From: a virus
Reading direction: 5' to 3' (one strand)
IMG/VR virus record: IMGVR_UViG_3300042197_002234
Span: 32,001 to 96,000 of that record
DNA: 64,000 nucleotides
Shown: in pieces, positions 29,413-38,749 of the stretch
Numbering within the stretch: position 1 is the stretch's first letter
Layout of the letters: each line of letters opens with the position of its first letter
Program-made: the position numbers and the translations under genes
The notes under the pieces: model-generated
The model's input: the letters and a program-made list of their open reading frames with translations, nothing else
What the model was told of the DNA's origin: nothing
The model's database searches: none

Positions 29413-30066
29413 ATGGCACAAGGAGTACACAAAATAACAGAGGACTTTGAGAGGAAGTTGTCTGAGTACACGGGAGCGAAATATGTCGTAACTGTCGATA
29501 ATCAAAGTAATGCACTATTTTTAGCACTGTATTACGAAAATCACATTAAAAATAGTATCGGAGAGAGTGTTATTATACCCTCAAGAACTTACCCATCAGT
29601 ACCTTGCGAAATTATCCATGCAGGACTTGAGGTTAAATTTTACCCTGTTAGTGGTGAAACAATTAAAGGTGCTTATCAGTTATTAGGTAGTAATGTTTAT
29701 GATTCGGCACTTAGATTCACTTCAAATATGTATATACCTGAAACTCATATGTGCGTTTCATTCACTGGTCCATACAAACATTTAAAATTAGGTAAGGGTG
29801 GGGCTATATTAACAGATAGTGAAGATGCTTATAAATGGTTTAAAAAAGCAAGATTTAGTGGTAGAGATGAATGTAGTTATCATGATGATAATTTTGATAT
29901 TAATCCTGTTGTTGGTTGGAATTTCTACATGATGCCAGAAATATCCGCGAGAGGTTTATTATTAATTTCTCAATTTTATGATAGTAATGGGAATCCAAAA
30001 CATAATGAGGATTTAGAATTACCATACCCTGATTTATCAAAATTTCAAATCTATAATTCTAATTAA
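29413..30066 (+). CDS. DegT/DnrJ/EryC1/StrS-family PLP aminotransferase (unusually short, 217 aa)
   Basis: FERKLSEYTGAKY, ALFLAL, VIIPSRTY, YDSA, and SFTGPYKHLKLGKGGAILT carrying the Schiff-base Lys. Confidence 0.8.
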   Translation: MAQGVHKITEDFERKLSEYTGAKYVVTVDNQSNALFLALYYENHIKNSIGESVIIPSRTYPSVPCEIIHAGLEVKFYPVSGETIKGAYQLLGSNVYDSALRFTSNMYIPETHMCVSFTGPYKHLKLGKGGAILTDSEDAYKWFKKARFSGRDECSYHDDNFDINPVVGWNFYMMPEISARGLLLISQFYDSNGNPKHNEDLELPYPDLSKFQIYNSN

Positions 30067-30068
30067 AA

Positions 30069-30194
30069 ATGAAACCAAAAATTTTATGTGTTCTTAATGT
30101 TTTCATGAATTACGAACATTATGAATGGAAAAAAAATAATCAGTGGGTACTTACCGCACATAGAAAAGAGACAAAATTTAATCAAGTGATATGA
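30069..30194 (+). CDS. 41-codon ORF (MKPKILCVLNVFMNYEHYEWKKNNQWVLTAHRKETKFNQVI), possible deletion remnant
   Basis: Fills the gap exactly: starts 2 nt after the previous stop, and its TGA overlaps the next ATG (ATGA). Confidence 0.45.
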   Translation: MKPKILCVLNVFMNYEHYEWKKNNQWVLTAHRKETKFNQVI

Positions 30195-30859
30195 AAGTAG
30201 CGATAATGCAACCTTATTTTTTCCCCTATATTGGATATTTTCAACTAATTAAAAGTGTTGATGTTTATATTAACTTAGACCACGTTTCATTTATGAAACG
30301 CAGTTACATGACAAGAAATGAATTAAAAAATAAAACAAGTATAAATTTGAATGTAACTAAAGGAAGTCAAAATAAAAGTTGTATTGAAACATTTGTTAAT
30401 GTTGATGAAGATTATATTAATAAATTCAAAAAAACTTTATATCATTTATACGGTAAGACATCCCATTATGACGAAATTATAAATGAAATTATTAATCCGT
30501 GTTTTACAGTTGGAAATGTAAATATTTCCACGTTCAATTTGAAAGTATTAAAAAAAATTTGTTCTTTTTTAGAAATAAACACAAAAATTGTTGATTCATC
30601 ATTCGGTATGACAGAAAGAAAAAAAGGTGATGGTATTATCGACATTATAAAGAAATTTAATTCTACCGAATACATTAACGCTATTGGGGGTAAAAAATTA
30701 TACAACAAAGAATACTTTAAAAACAATGGAATTAATTTATATTTTATAGAAATGTTAGACGTAAATTTTGAAAATCCGTATTCATCAATACTTGACTTAT
30801 TATTCACGTACGAAAAAAAACACATAATTCAAAATTTAGACAAGTATAAATTGACATGA
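30191..30859 (+). CDS. WbqC-family protein
   Basis: AIMQPYFFPYIGYFQLI N-terminus, YINAIGGKKLY, and SILDLLF C-terminus. Confidence 0.9.
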   Translation: MKVAIMQPYFFPYIGYFQLIKSVDVYINLDHVSFMKRSYMTRNELKNKTSINLNVTKGSQNKSCIETFVNVDEDYINKFKKTLYHLYGKTSHYDEIINEIINPCFTVGNVNISTFNLKVLKKICSFLEINTKIVDSSFGMTERKKGDGIIDIIKKFNSTEYINAIGGKKLYNKEYFKNNGINLYFIEMLDVNFENPYSSILDLLFTYEKKHIIQNLDKYKLT

Positions 30860-31470
30860 AATATTTGGAAATAGCTAAACATTATCAAGAATGTTTTAAA
30901 AAACACGGTGACAATAATTTTGGTGTTGATTGGCCAAACTTCGAAGATACTTTAACTAGACATCAAATTATGTTTGAAATTACCAAACATACGGACAATA
31001 ATATTTCTTTTTTAGATTTTGGATGTGGTTTAGGACATTTTAAAGAATGGCTAAATAAAAATTCACAGTCAAATATTAACTATTTTGGGTTAGACATTAA
31101 TAAAGACTTTACCGATTTATGTCAAAAAAAATTTCCTGACTCTAAATTTTATTGTAAAGACATTTTAATTGATGACAAAATACCTAATTTTGATTACATT
31201 ATATGTAATGGTACTTTTACAGAAAAAAGAAATTTAACTCAACTTGAAATGATGAGTTATTTTCAAGAAATAATTAAAAAACTATGGAATAAATGTGATA
31301 AAGGGATTTCATTTAATCTTATGTCGAAATACGTAGATTGGGAAAGAGAAGATTTATTTCATGTTTCATTAGATGAACTTAGTTGGTTTTTAACAAAAAA
31401 TTTATCAAGAAATTTTGTATATAGAAACGACTATAAATTATACGAATTTACAACATATGTCTATAAATAA
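30856..31470 (+). CDS. Class I SAM-dependent methyltransferase
   Basis: FLDFGCGLGH, YFGLDI, FDYIICNGTF. Confidence 0.9.
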   Translation: MKYLEIAKHYQECFKKHGDNNFGVDWPNFEDTLTRHQIMFEITKHTDNNISFLDFGCGLGHFKEWLNKNSQSNINYFGLDINKDFTDLCQKKFPDSKFYCKDILIDDKIPNFDYIICNGTFTEKRNLTQLEMMSYFQEIIKKLWNKCDKGISFNLMSKYVDWEREDLFHVSLDELSWFLTKNLSRNFVYRNDYKLYEFTTYVYK

Positions 31471-32137
31471 AAAAGTAATAATTTTTGGAGTTAAAGATTT
31501 GGCCGAATTAGCACATTATTATTTAACAAATGACAGCGATTATGAAGTCATTGCATTCACAATAAATAAAAGTTATTTAAATTCAACAATATTTATCCCA
31601 AAAGGGTCGGATACTGAATATCCTGTTGTTGAATTTGAAACCATCGAAAAAATTTATCCTCCAACTGAATATAGTTTATTTGCACCAATGACAGGTGTAA
31701 ATATGAACCAATCAAGAAAAAAAATATTTGAAGATGGTAAAAGTAAAGGGTACCAGTTTATATCTTATATTTCATCAAAATCGACCAGTTTTAATAATAA
31801 AATAGGTGAAAATTGTTTTATATTAGAAGATAATACTTTACAACCTTTTACAGAAATTGGTAATAATGTTGTTATGTGGAGCGGTAATCACATTGGTCAC
31901 CATGGTAAAATTGAAGACCATGTTTTTTTCACATCCCATGTCGTGTTATCAGGTCATTGTCACGTTAAAGAAAGAGCTTGGTTTGGTGTCAATTCTACAA
32001 TTAGAGATGGTTTAGTAATTGAAGAAGGTACTTTAGTTTCAATGGGGTCTTTGATAACAAAATCAACAGAACCATTTGGATTTTATATGGGGTCACCCGC
32101 TAAAAAACAAGATAAAAAATCATATGATGTGTTATAA
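31457..32137 (+). CDS. Sugar O/N-acyltransferase, NeuD/PglB/VioB type (hexapeptide repeats)
   Basis: N-terminal VIIFG Rossmann segment plus IGENCFI/IGNNVVM/IGHHGKI hexapeptide repeats. Start placed at MSINKK rather than the track's 31415. Confidence 0.85.
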   Translation: MSINKKVIIFGVKDLAELAHYYLTNDSDYEVIAFTINKSYLNSTIFIPKGSDTEYPVVEFETIEKIYPPTEYSLFAPMTGVNMNQSRKKIFEDGKSKGYQFISYISSKSTSFNNKIGENCFILEDNTLQPFTEIGNNVVMWSGNHIGHHGKIEDHVFFTSHVVLSGHCHVKERAWFGVNSTIRDGLVIEEGTLVSMGSLITKSTEPFGFYMGSPAKKQDKKSYDVL

Positions 32138-32144
32138 TTGAAAA

Positions 32145-33050
32145 ATGTGGGAAAAAAAACAAAATATTTTTAACAAACACCATTCACAAGTTCCAGTTGT
32201 GGACGAATATGATTTTTTTTATAGGGTTTATTATTCAACAAGAATAGATGGTAAAAGTACACCTTTATTTATCGATGTTGATAAAGATAACCCTTCAAAA
32301 ATAATTAAAGAACACAATAAATCAATTTTGGATTTAGGTGAAAAAGGTTCTTTCGATTGGGCGGGTATTATGCCAACTGAAATAATCAATTATGGAGGTA
32401 AAAAATTTTTATATTATATTGGATGGTCATTAAGACAAGATGTGCCTTATCACAACAATTTAGGTTTGGCCATTAGTGAAGATGATGGTCATACTTGGAA
32501 AAAATTTTCAAAAGGCCCTATATTTCACACTTCTTATAAAGAACCAGGTTATATTGGTACTGTTGAAATTATGATTGAAAATGGTATATGGAAGATGTGG
32601 TATCTATCATGTTTGAATTGGATTGATAATAACGATATAATGGAACCAACTTATGATATAAAATATGCAACGTCATCAAATGGTATTGATTGGATACCTA
32701 CTGGTTTAACTTGTATACCTTTAGAAAAAAATGAGGGTGGAATATCATGTGCTAGAGTTATAAAAGAAGAAAACAAATATCATATGTGGTATTCTGTACG
32801 AAATAAAATAGATTATCGTAATAATAAAGAAAATTCATATAGAATAAAAAAAGCAGAATCTATTGACGGGATAGTTTGGGAGAAAAATGATAAAATTGAA
32901 TTAGATATCTCGGACACAAATGAATGGGAAAATACAATGGTCTGTTACCCCTTTATTATTGAAAAAGAGAAAGAATTACTTATGTTTTATAATGGTAATA
33001 ATTTTGGTAAAACTGGTATAGGTTATGCAAGAAAAAGAAGAATTAATTAA
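32145..33050 (+). CDS. Five-bladed beta-propeller glycoside-hydrolase-like protein (GH32/43/130 clan-like)
   Basis: Repeated blades: LYYIGW...LGLAISEDDGHTW; MWYLS...IKYATSSNGIDW; MWYS...IKKAESIDGIVW; LMFYNGN...IGYA. Confidence 0.7.
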   Translation: MWEKKQNIFNKHHSQVPVVDEYDFFYRVYYSTRIDGKSTPLFIDVDKDNPSKIIKEHNKSILDLGEKGSFDWAGIMPTEIINYGGKKFLYYIGWSLRQDVPYHNNLGLAISEDDGHTWKKFSKGPIFHTSYKEPGYIGTVEIMIENGIWKMWYLSCLNWIDNNDIMEPTYDIKYATSSNGIDWIPTGLTCIPLEKNEGGISCARVIKEENKYHMWYSVRNKIDYRNNKENSYRIKKAESIDGIVWEKNDKIELDISDTNEWENTMVCYPFIIEKEKELLMFYNGNNFGKTGIGYARKRRIN

Positions 33051-33759
33051 CGAAGGGTTTATAATTTTTAAAAATTTTTTTCCCAAAAGTACAGTTCAAA
33101 ATTTACTAGAAAATTCTAAAAAAATTTTTCAAATACAATTTAATCATTTTGGATATAACGATTCTTTCACTGAGAATATGATTAAATTATTTCAGGAACA
33201 TCAAGAGGTATTTATTAACTGTGGTAAATTAATTCAAACAGGATTGATTGATTTATATCAATTATCAACCAATAATAAATTAATAAATAAATTAAACGAT
33301 TTAGGTATTACATATCCTAATATGTGTACTAGACCTGTTTTATTTTTTAATCACCCTAAATTAGCCAAAGAAGAACATTATTATAAAACACCCCCTCACC
33401 AAGATTGGCCTTCTATGGAATCTAGTTTAGATTCTGTAGTTGTATGGGTCCCATTAGTTGATGTAAACAGTAAAAATGGTTCTATCATAATTTGGCCAAA
33501 AAGTCATAAAGAAGGTGTTTTACCTTATAAAAATATAGGTGGTTTTGCAACTGTTGAAGGTTTTAAAAATGGATTACAAACTGAATTGGAAGTTGGTGAC
33601 GTAGTTATATTTTCAACTTTATTAGTCCATTCTTCAGGAGACATACTTGATAACTCAATAAGATGGTCGTGTCATTTTAGATATACCAACTTAGAAAATT
33701 ACGAATATATTGAAAGAGGATTCCCAAACCCATATATATACAAACCAATAACCAAATAA
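33025..33759 (+). CDS. PhyH-family Fe(II)/2-oxoglutarate dioxygenase
   Basis: TPPHQDW (HxD), VWVPLVDV...NGSI, GDVVIFSTLLVHSSG...RWS. Confidence 0.9.
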   Translation: MQEKEELINEGFIIFKNFFPKSTVQNLLENSKKIFQIQFNHFGYNDSFTENMIKLFQEHQEVFINCGKLIQTGLIDLYQLSTNNKLINKLNDLGITYPNMCTRPVLFFNHPKLAKEEHYYKTPPHQDWPSMESSLDSVVVWVPLVDVNSKNGSIIIWPKSHKEGVLPYKNIGGFATVEGFKNGLQTELEVGDVVIFSTLLVHSSGDILDNSIRWSCHFRYTNLENYEYIERGFPNPYIYKPITK

Positions 33760-34460
33760 TGAAATTTGCAGTAGTAATTACAACATATCAAAGAAAAGAT
33801 GGAAGCACTCCGATAGTGTTAAAAAGAGCAATAGATTCTATTTTTAATCAGGATTATAAAAATTTTAAAATTTATATAATAGGTGATAAATACGAAAATA
33901 ATGAAGAATTTGAATCTATTATGAATTTTTATTCTTCAGACAAATTGATTTTTGAAAATTTACCCGAAGCCAAAGAAAGAGATAAATATAAAGACAAATG
34001 GTTAATTTGGTCTTATGCTGGTTGTCACGCTAATAATTATGGAATTCAAAAAGCGGTTGATGATGGTTTTGAATATATTTGTCATTTAGACCATGATGAT
34101 GAATGGTATCCAAATCACTTATCATCCTTAAAGAATGCTATTGATAAAACAAACTCTCTTTGGTTGTGTACTAAATCAGAGTATGTTGGGGGAAGAATCC
34201 TTCCAAATATACATGGAGAAGAATTAATCCCTATTTTACCAATACCACAAGGTTTAATTCATTCGTCAACGTGTATTAATTTTAAAAAAATACCTTTAAG
34301 ACATAGAAACATATATGAAGAAACAGGTAAATTAGGTTTACCAGGTGACGCTGATTTATGGGAAAGAATAGCTAAATATTTAAAAGATAACAACCAAACA
34401 GGGTGTTTGGTAAATAAAATAACATGTAAACACATTGAAGAGGGTTATGAAAGACAATAA
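33759..34460 (+). CDS. GT2-family glycosyltransferase
   Basis: FAVVITTY, RAIDSIFNQDY, ANNYGI, ICHLDHDDEW, DADLW. Confidence 0.9.
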   Translation: MKFAVVITTYQRKDGSTPIVLKRAIDSIFNQDYKNFKIYIIGDKYENNEEFESIMNFYSSDKLIFENLPEAKERDKYKDKWLIWSYAGCHANNYGIQKAVDDGFEYICHLDHDDEWYPNHLSSLKNAIDKTNSLWLCTKSEYVGGRILPNIHGEELIPILPIPQGLIHSSTCINFKKIPLRHRNIYEETGKLGLPGDADLWERIAKYLKDNNQTGCLVNKITCKHIEEGYERQ

Positions 34461-35187
34461 TAAAATAAAAATAGTTACTTACATAGATAGAAAAAATATA
34501 TTATCTGAAGTTTTTATAAATTACTATTTAAGATTTTTGAACCATAATGAATTTCATTTTTTAATTTTAGACAAAAACTATGATTCTGTCTCAGAATACT
34601 TAAAATCAAAAAATTTTTCAGATATTAATTTTGAAATTGTTAGAAATGATTACATTGGGATGCCCACACTTTTAGATAAACAAAATTCAATTGTAGAAGA
34701 ATTAATATCTAACGGATTTTTAGTTATATATGTTGATTTAGATGAAATTTTATATCATCACAATCTACGTGAATATATCCTAAATTTTGACGGGGACTAT
34801 ATAACTGCGAAAGGTATAGTAATAATACCAAATACTGATGAAGAAATAATTGATGAAAATAAATCTATATTATCTCAAAGAAAATATTGTATAATAGATA
34901 ATGAATATCATTCAAAAGTATCAGTATTAAAATCAAAATTTATATGGACGGGAGGTCGACACAATAAAAATGGATATAAAATATTTGACGATATATATCT
35001 TATAGATATTGGAAAATGCTGCCCACAAATAATGTTAGATAATAATATGACAAGTAATATTTTATATGAAAAGAAAACTGAACGTTATTCTATAACAGAT
35101 AAAAATAGTATTCAAAACATTTTAAATGGGTGGAGAAAATCATTAATTAAAATACCCGAATACATTACCGAAACTAATTTATTTTAA
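34447..35187 (+). CDS. GT-A-like protein (putative glycosyltransferase)
   Basis: IYVDLDEILY is a DxDE motif typical of GT2-like/GT92-type domains; HSKV...GRH. Start placed at MKDNN. Confidence 0.55.
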   Translation: MKDNNKIKIVTYIDRKNILSEVFINYYLRFLNHNEFHFLILDKNYDSVSEYLKSKNFSDINFEIVRNDYIGMPTLLDKQNSIVEELISNGFLVIYVDLDEILYHHNLREYILNFDGDYITAKGIVIIPNTDEEIIDENKSILSQRKYCIIDNEYHSKVSVLKSKFIWTGGRHNKNGYKIFDDIYLIDIGKCCPQIMLDNNMTSNILYEKKTERYSITDKNSIQNILNGWRKSLIKIPEYITETNLF

Positions 35188-35277
35188 TGAATTAATTAAG
35201 AAAACAAATAGCCCTAAACAACCAAGTAGTAACAGTGTCTTTTTGATAAAAAAATTAAAATAAAAAAATAAATATAA

Positions 35278-36003
35278 ATGGTACAAAAGAAAAAAACAAA
35301 CTCAACTTCAGAGTCCGAACCAAAATACAAAACAAAGAAAGAATTAATTTCTCACATAATTAAGAAAAAGACAAAAGAAAAGTTTTTATCTGAAAGTCAA
35401 AGAAAATACTATGATTATTTAATTAACAGTCAAATAACAATCTGTTCAGGTCCCGCGGGTGTTGGTAAAAGTTATATAGCTATGAAGGCAGCAATTGATT
35501 TGTTGTCTGACCCAACAACACCATATGAAAAAATTATAATAGTAAGGCCCGCAGTTGAAGCTGAGGAAAAATTAGGTTCATTACCAGGTGGTGTTGAGGA
35601 AAAATTAGACCCGTATATTTTCCCATCGTATTACTTAATGAATAAAATTATTGGTAAAGAAGCTAGAGAAAAATTAAAAGAAATTGATGTGATTGAAGTG
35701 TTCGCATTAGCTTACATGAGAGGTATGAACATTGATAACTCTATCTTAATTTTTGAAGAGGCTCAAAATTCAACCCCAAGTCAAATGAAATTATTATTGA
35801 CAAGGATTGGATTTAATAGTAAATTCTTTATTTCGGGGGATTTAGAACAAACTGATAGATATAAAGATAAAACTCATTCAGGTTTGTGGGACGCTTTGAA
35901 AAGATTTAAAGATATTGAAAGTATTAATACTTTTGAATTTGATGATAAAGATATTGTTAGAAATCCATTAATTACCAAAATATTAAAAAGATACGAAGAA
36001 TGA
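35278..36003 (+). CDS. phoH: PhoH-family ATPase
   Basis: GPAGVGKS Walker A, VRPAVE, LGSLPG, AYMRG, IFEEAQN, GDLEQTD, VRNPL. Confidence 0.95.
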   Translation: MVQKKKTNSTSESEPKYKTKKELISHIIKKKTKEKFLSESQRKYYDYLINSQITICSGPAGVGKSYIAMKAAIDLLSDPTTPYEKIIIVRPAVEAEEKLGSLPGGVEEKLDPYIFPSYYLMNKIIGKEAREKLKEIDVIEVFALAYMRGMNIDNSILIFEEAQNSTPSQMKLLLTRIGFNSKFFISGDLEQTDRYKDKTHSGLWDALKRFKDIESINTFEFDDKDIVRNPLITKILKRYEE

Positions 36004-36596
36004 GAATTGGTGTAGAAATTAACGGGGTTTTAAGAAATACTTTAGGTAAAGTAGAACAAACTTATCAAAAATTTATGATTGATAAGACTGAAGGTATTGA
36101 AACTGACGATGATTTTATTTATGAAATTAAAAAACCAATAACCTCATTATCAATTCAAAATCATTTTACTTTTAAAGATGAGGAAGAACTATATTCTTTT
36201 TTATATGAAGAATTTCCCATGGAGATTTTTGGTCATTCTCAATCAACAGAATATTCAACCTTTAATGATTTAAATGAAATCTACGTTAAATTAAGAAACG
36301 ACCATGATTTTATTATAGTTTCAGATGAAATTGGTAAATCAAAACCAGCATCTTTATTCTTCTTATCTAAATTTGGGTGTGAATTTGAAAAAGTAAAATT
36401 TTATAGTAATACAACAATAAATTCAATGTGGAATGAAATTGATGTTTTACTTACGGCAAATCCCGCCTTATTATTAGAACATCCGTTAGATAAAGTATTA
36501 ATAAAATATAATACTGAATATAATAACGAAATTATAACAAAATACGAAATAAACAAAATAAAAGAACTTGAAGAAGTTATTAAACAATTAAAATAA
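36000..36596 (+). CDS. HAD/5'(3')-nucleotidase-fold protein with degenerate catalytic motifs
   Basis: MRIGVEINGVLRN where DxDGV is expected; IDVLLTANP where D-x-L-I-DD is expected. Confidence 0.6.
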   Translation: MRIGVEINGVLRNTLGKVEQTYQKFMIDKTEGIETDDDFIYEIKKPITSLSIQNHFTFKDEEELYSFLYEEFPMEIFGHSQSTEYSTFNDLNEIYVKLRNDHDFIIVSDEIGKSKPASLFFLSKFGCEFEKVKFYSNTTINSMWNEIDVLLTANPALLLEHPLDKVLIKYNTEYNNEIITKYEINKIKELEEVIKQLK

Positions 36597-36868
36597 TGTT
36601 AAAAATTTTAGGAGACCATTATTACTTAGATTTAGACGCAATTGATGAGTACATTCAAATAAAAGATAATAAATCTTCATCAGGAGAAACTGAAGGTAAT
36701 CATATTAGTATTGTAAAATATGAAACCATAAAACTAATGTTAGAGGTATTAATGGACGAAAACGAACAAATAGATGAATCTTTGGGTGGTAAAAGCTCCG
36801 AAATAACAATACCTTTTAAATTAGCATTTAACACTTTATTAAATAAAAAATTATTAAACAAATATTAA
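36596..36868 (+). CDS. Hypothetical protein
   Basis: 90-aa ORF, coupled via TAATG. Confidence 0.7.
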   Translation: MLKILGDHYYLDLDAIDEYIQIKDNKSSSGETEGNHISIVKYETIKLMLEVLMDENEQIDESLGGKSSEITIPFKLAFNTLLNKKLLNKY

Positions 36869-36870
36869 AT

Positions 36871-37935
36871 ATGGAACAGGATAAATTAGAAAAATTAGAA
36901 AAATCAATTCAGAACATGAAAGATAAAAAATCAAGAATTTATCTTTTAGTTCAAGATACTAGAGGTAACGCAAAGGCCTCTATATCATACATTTACAATT
37001 TAGGTATGGCGTTGTTGGACGCGGGATATAATCCTATTATGCTACATGAAAAACCTGATTATATGGGCGTTTCAACATGGATGTCAGGTGATTTTATGAC
37101 AGCGTTACCTCACAAAGCGATTGAGGGTGAAAATTTAGAAGTATCACCTGAAGACTTTATAGTTATTCCAGAGCTTTATGGTTTTGTTATGAGTCAAATT
37201 TCTAAATTACCTTGTGGTAAAATAGTTTTATCTCAAGCGTATGACCATCTTTTAGAGACTTTACAACCAGGACAGACTTGGACTCAATTAGGGTTTTTCA
37301 AATGTATTACCACATCAGAAACTCAAAAAGAATATCTTGATGGTGTTATGAAAAACGTATCATATGATATTTTAAAACCTTTTATTTCTGAAGAATTTAT
37401 TAAATCAGAATACCCATCAAAACCAATTATTGCGGTTCATAGTAGAGACCAAAAAGATTCTGTCAACATGATTAAATCTTTTTATATTAAGTTCCCACAA
37501 TATAGATGGGTAACATTTAGAGATATGAGAGGTTTATCTCAAAAAGAATTTGCGAACACATTAAAAGATTGTTGTTTGTCAGTTTGGATTGACGAAACAA
37601 GTTCATACGGTACGTTCCCATTAGAATCCATGAAATGTGGTGTACCAGTATTAGGGTTAGTTCCAAACATGCTACCTGAATGGATGAATGAAGATAATGG
37701 TATTTGGGTTAATAATAAAATACACATTGTAGACTATGTTGCGGATTATATACAAAATTGGTTGGAGGATAACTTAAACCCAAACTTGTATGAATCTATG
37801 TTAAAAACAGTTGAAAATTTATCAACTAAAGAAGAATTTTATAAAGTGTCTGTAAGCCTATTTGAGGGTTACCTAAATAAAAGAATGTCTTCATTTGAAG
37901 AACAATTATCTAAACTACAAACAATAGAAGAATAA
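36871..37935 (+). CDS. GT-B fold glycosyltransferase-like protein
   Basis: SSYGTFPLESMKCGVPVLG matches the GT-B donor-binding E-x-F-x-L-x-x-L-E-A-M pattern. Confidence 0.7.
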   Translation: MEQDKLEKLEKSIQNMKDKKSRIYLLVQDTRGNAKASISYIYNLGMALLDAGYNPIMLHEKPDYMGVSTWMSGDFMTALPHKAIEGENLEVSPEDFIVIPELYGFVMSQISKLPCGKIVLSQAYDHLLETLQPGQTWTQLGFFKCITTSETQKEYLDGVMKNVSYDILKPFISEEFIKSEYPSKPIIAVHSRDQKDSVNMIKSFYIKFPQYRWVTFRDMRGLSQKEFANTLKDCCLSVWIDETSSYGTFPLESMKCGVPVLGLVPNMLPEWMNEDNGIWVNNKIHIVDYVADYIQNWLEDNLNPNLYESMLKTVENLSTKEEFYKVSVSLFEGYLNKRMSSFEEQLSKLQTIEE

Positions 37936-37936
37936 T

Positions 37937-38749
37937 ATGGAAGAGAAAAAAACTTTTGACGTTTCGGTTATTTTACCGATTAAATCAGGAAAATCTAATG
38001 GTTTTACTGAGTATTTTGAAAAATGTATAGAATCCTTGAAGATTCAAAAAGTAGGTATTAATGAACTAATTATTGTTCACACAAACGAAACTTACTTGGT
38101 CGACTACCTAAACAATTTTGATTTTGGCGATTTAAGTGTTATTAAGGTTGAGTGGACTAAAGAACCTAATTACGCATCACAGATTAACATTGGTGTTCGT
38201 AGTGCAAAATCTAAATGGGTATCGTTATTTGAAATGGATGATGAATACTCAAGTATTTGGTTTAAAAATGTTGATTTGTATTCTAACTCATATTCAGATG
38301 TTGACGTATTTTTACCTATTGTTGTGGATACTGACGCTCAAGGTAAGTTTGCTGGTTTTACTAACGAAGCGACTTTCGCAGCTAACTTTACTCCTGAAAT
38401 GGGTATCCTAACTAACGAAACTTTGTTAGATTACCAAAATTTTCAAACATCAGGTATGGTAATTAAAAAGTCATCCTTTATTGATTATGGTTTAATGAAA
38501 CCATCATTTAAACTTACTTTTGGTTATGAATTCTTTTTAAGAATGACACATAACTCAGTTAAAATTATGTCGATTCCAAGAATTGGATACAAACATACTA
38601 ACTTAAGAGATGGTTCTATTTTTTGGAACTACAAAAATGGTGAAGATAGAATGTTAGAGGATGAAGTTAAATTTTGGATAGAGTCGGCCAAGAAAGAATA
38701 TTTCTTTATTAATGATAGAGCCATAAAATATGAACCTCAACAAGTTTAA
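37937..38749 (+). CDS. GT2-family glycosyltransferase
   Basis: VSVILPI, CIESL, NIGVRSAKSKWVSLFEMDDEY, YEFFLRM. Confidence 0.8.
   Translation: MEEKKTFDVSVILPIKSGKSNGFTEYFEKCIESLKIQKVGINELIIVHTNETYLVDYLNNFDFGDLSVIKVEWTKEPNYASQINIGVRSAKSKWVSLFEMDDEYSSIWFKNVDLYSNSYSDVDVFLPIVVDTDAQGKFAGFTNEATFAANFTPEMGILTNETLLDYQNFQTSGMVIKKSSFIDYGLMKPSFKLTFGYEFFLRMTHNSVKIMSIPRIGYKHTNLRDGSIFWNYKNGEDRMLEDEVKFWIESAKKEYFFINDRAIKYEPQQV

Noticed and set aside
1-38749. Interpretation as a bacterial O-antigen locus or a eukaryotic giant virus
   Set aside because: The glycan genes are contiguous with T4-like head, baseplate and sigma genes and share their coupling style. No flippase, Wzy or NCLDV core genes are present.
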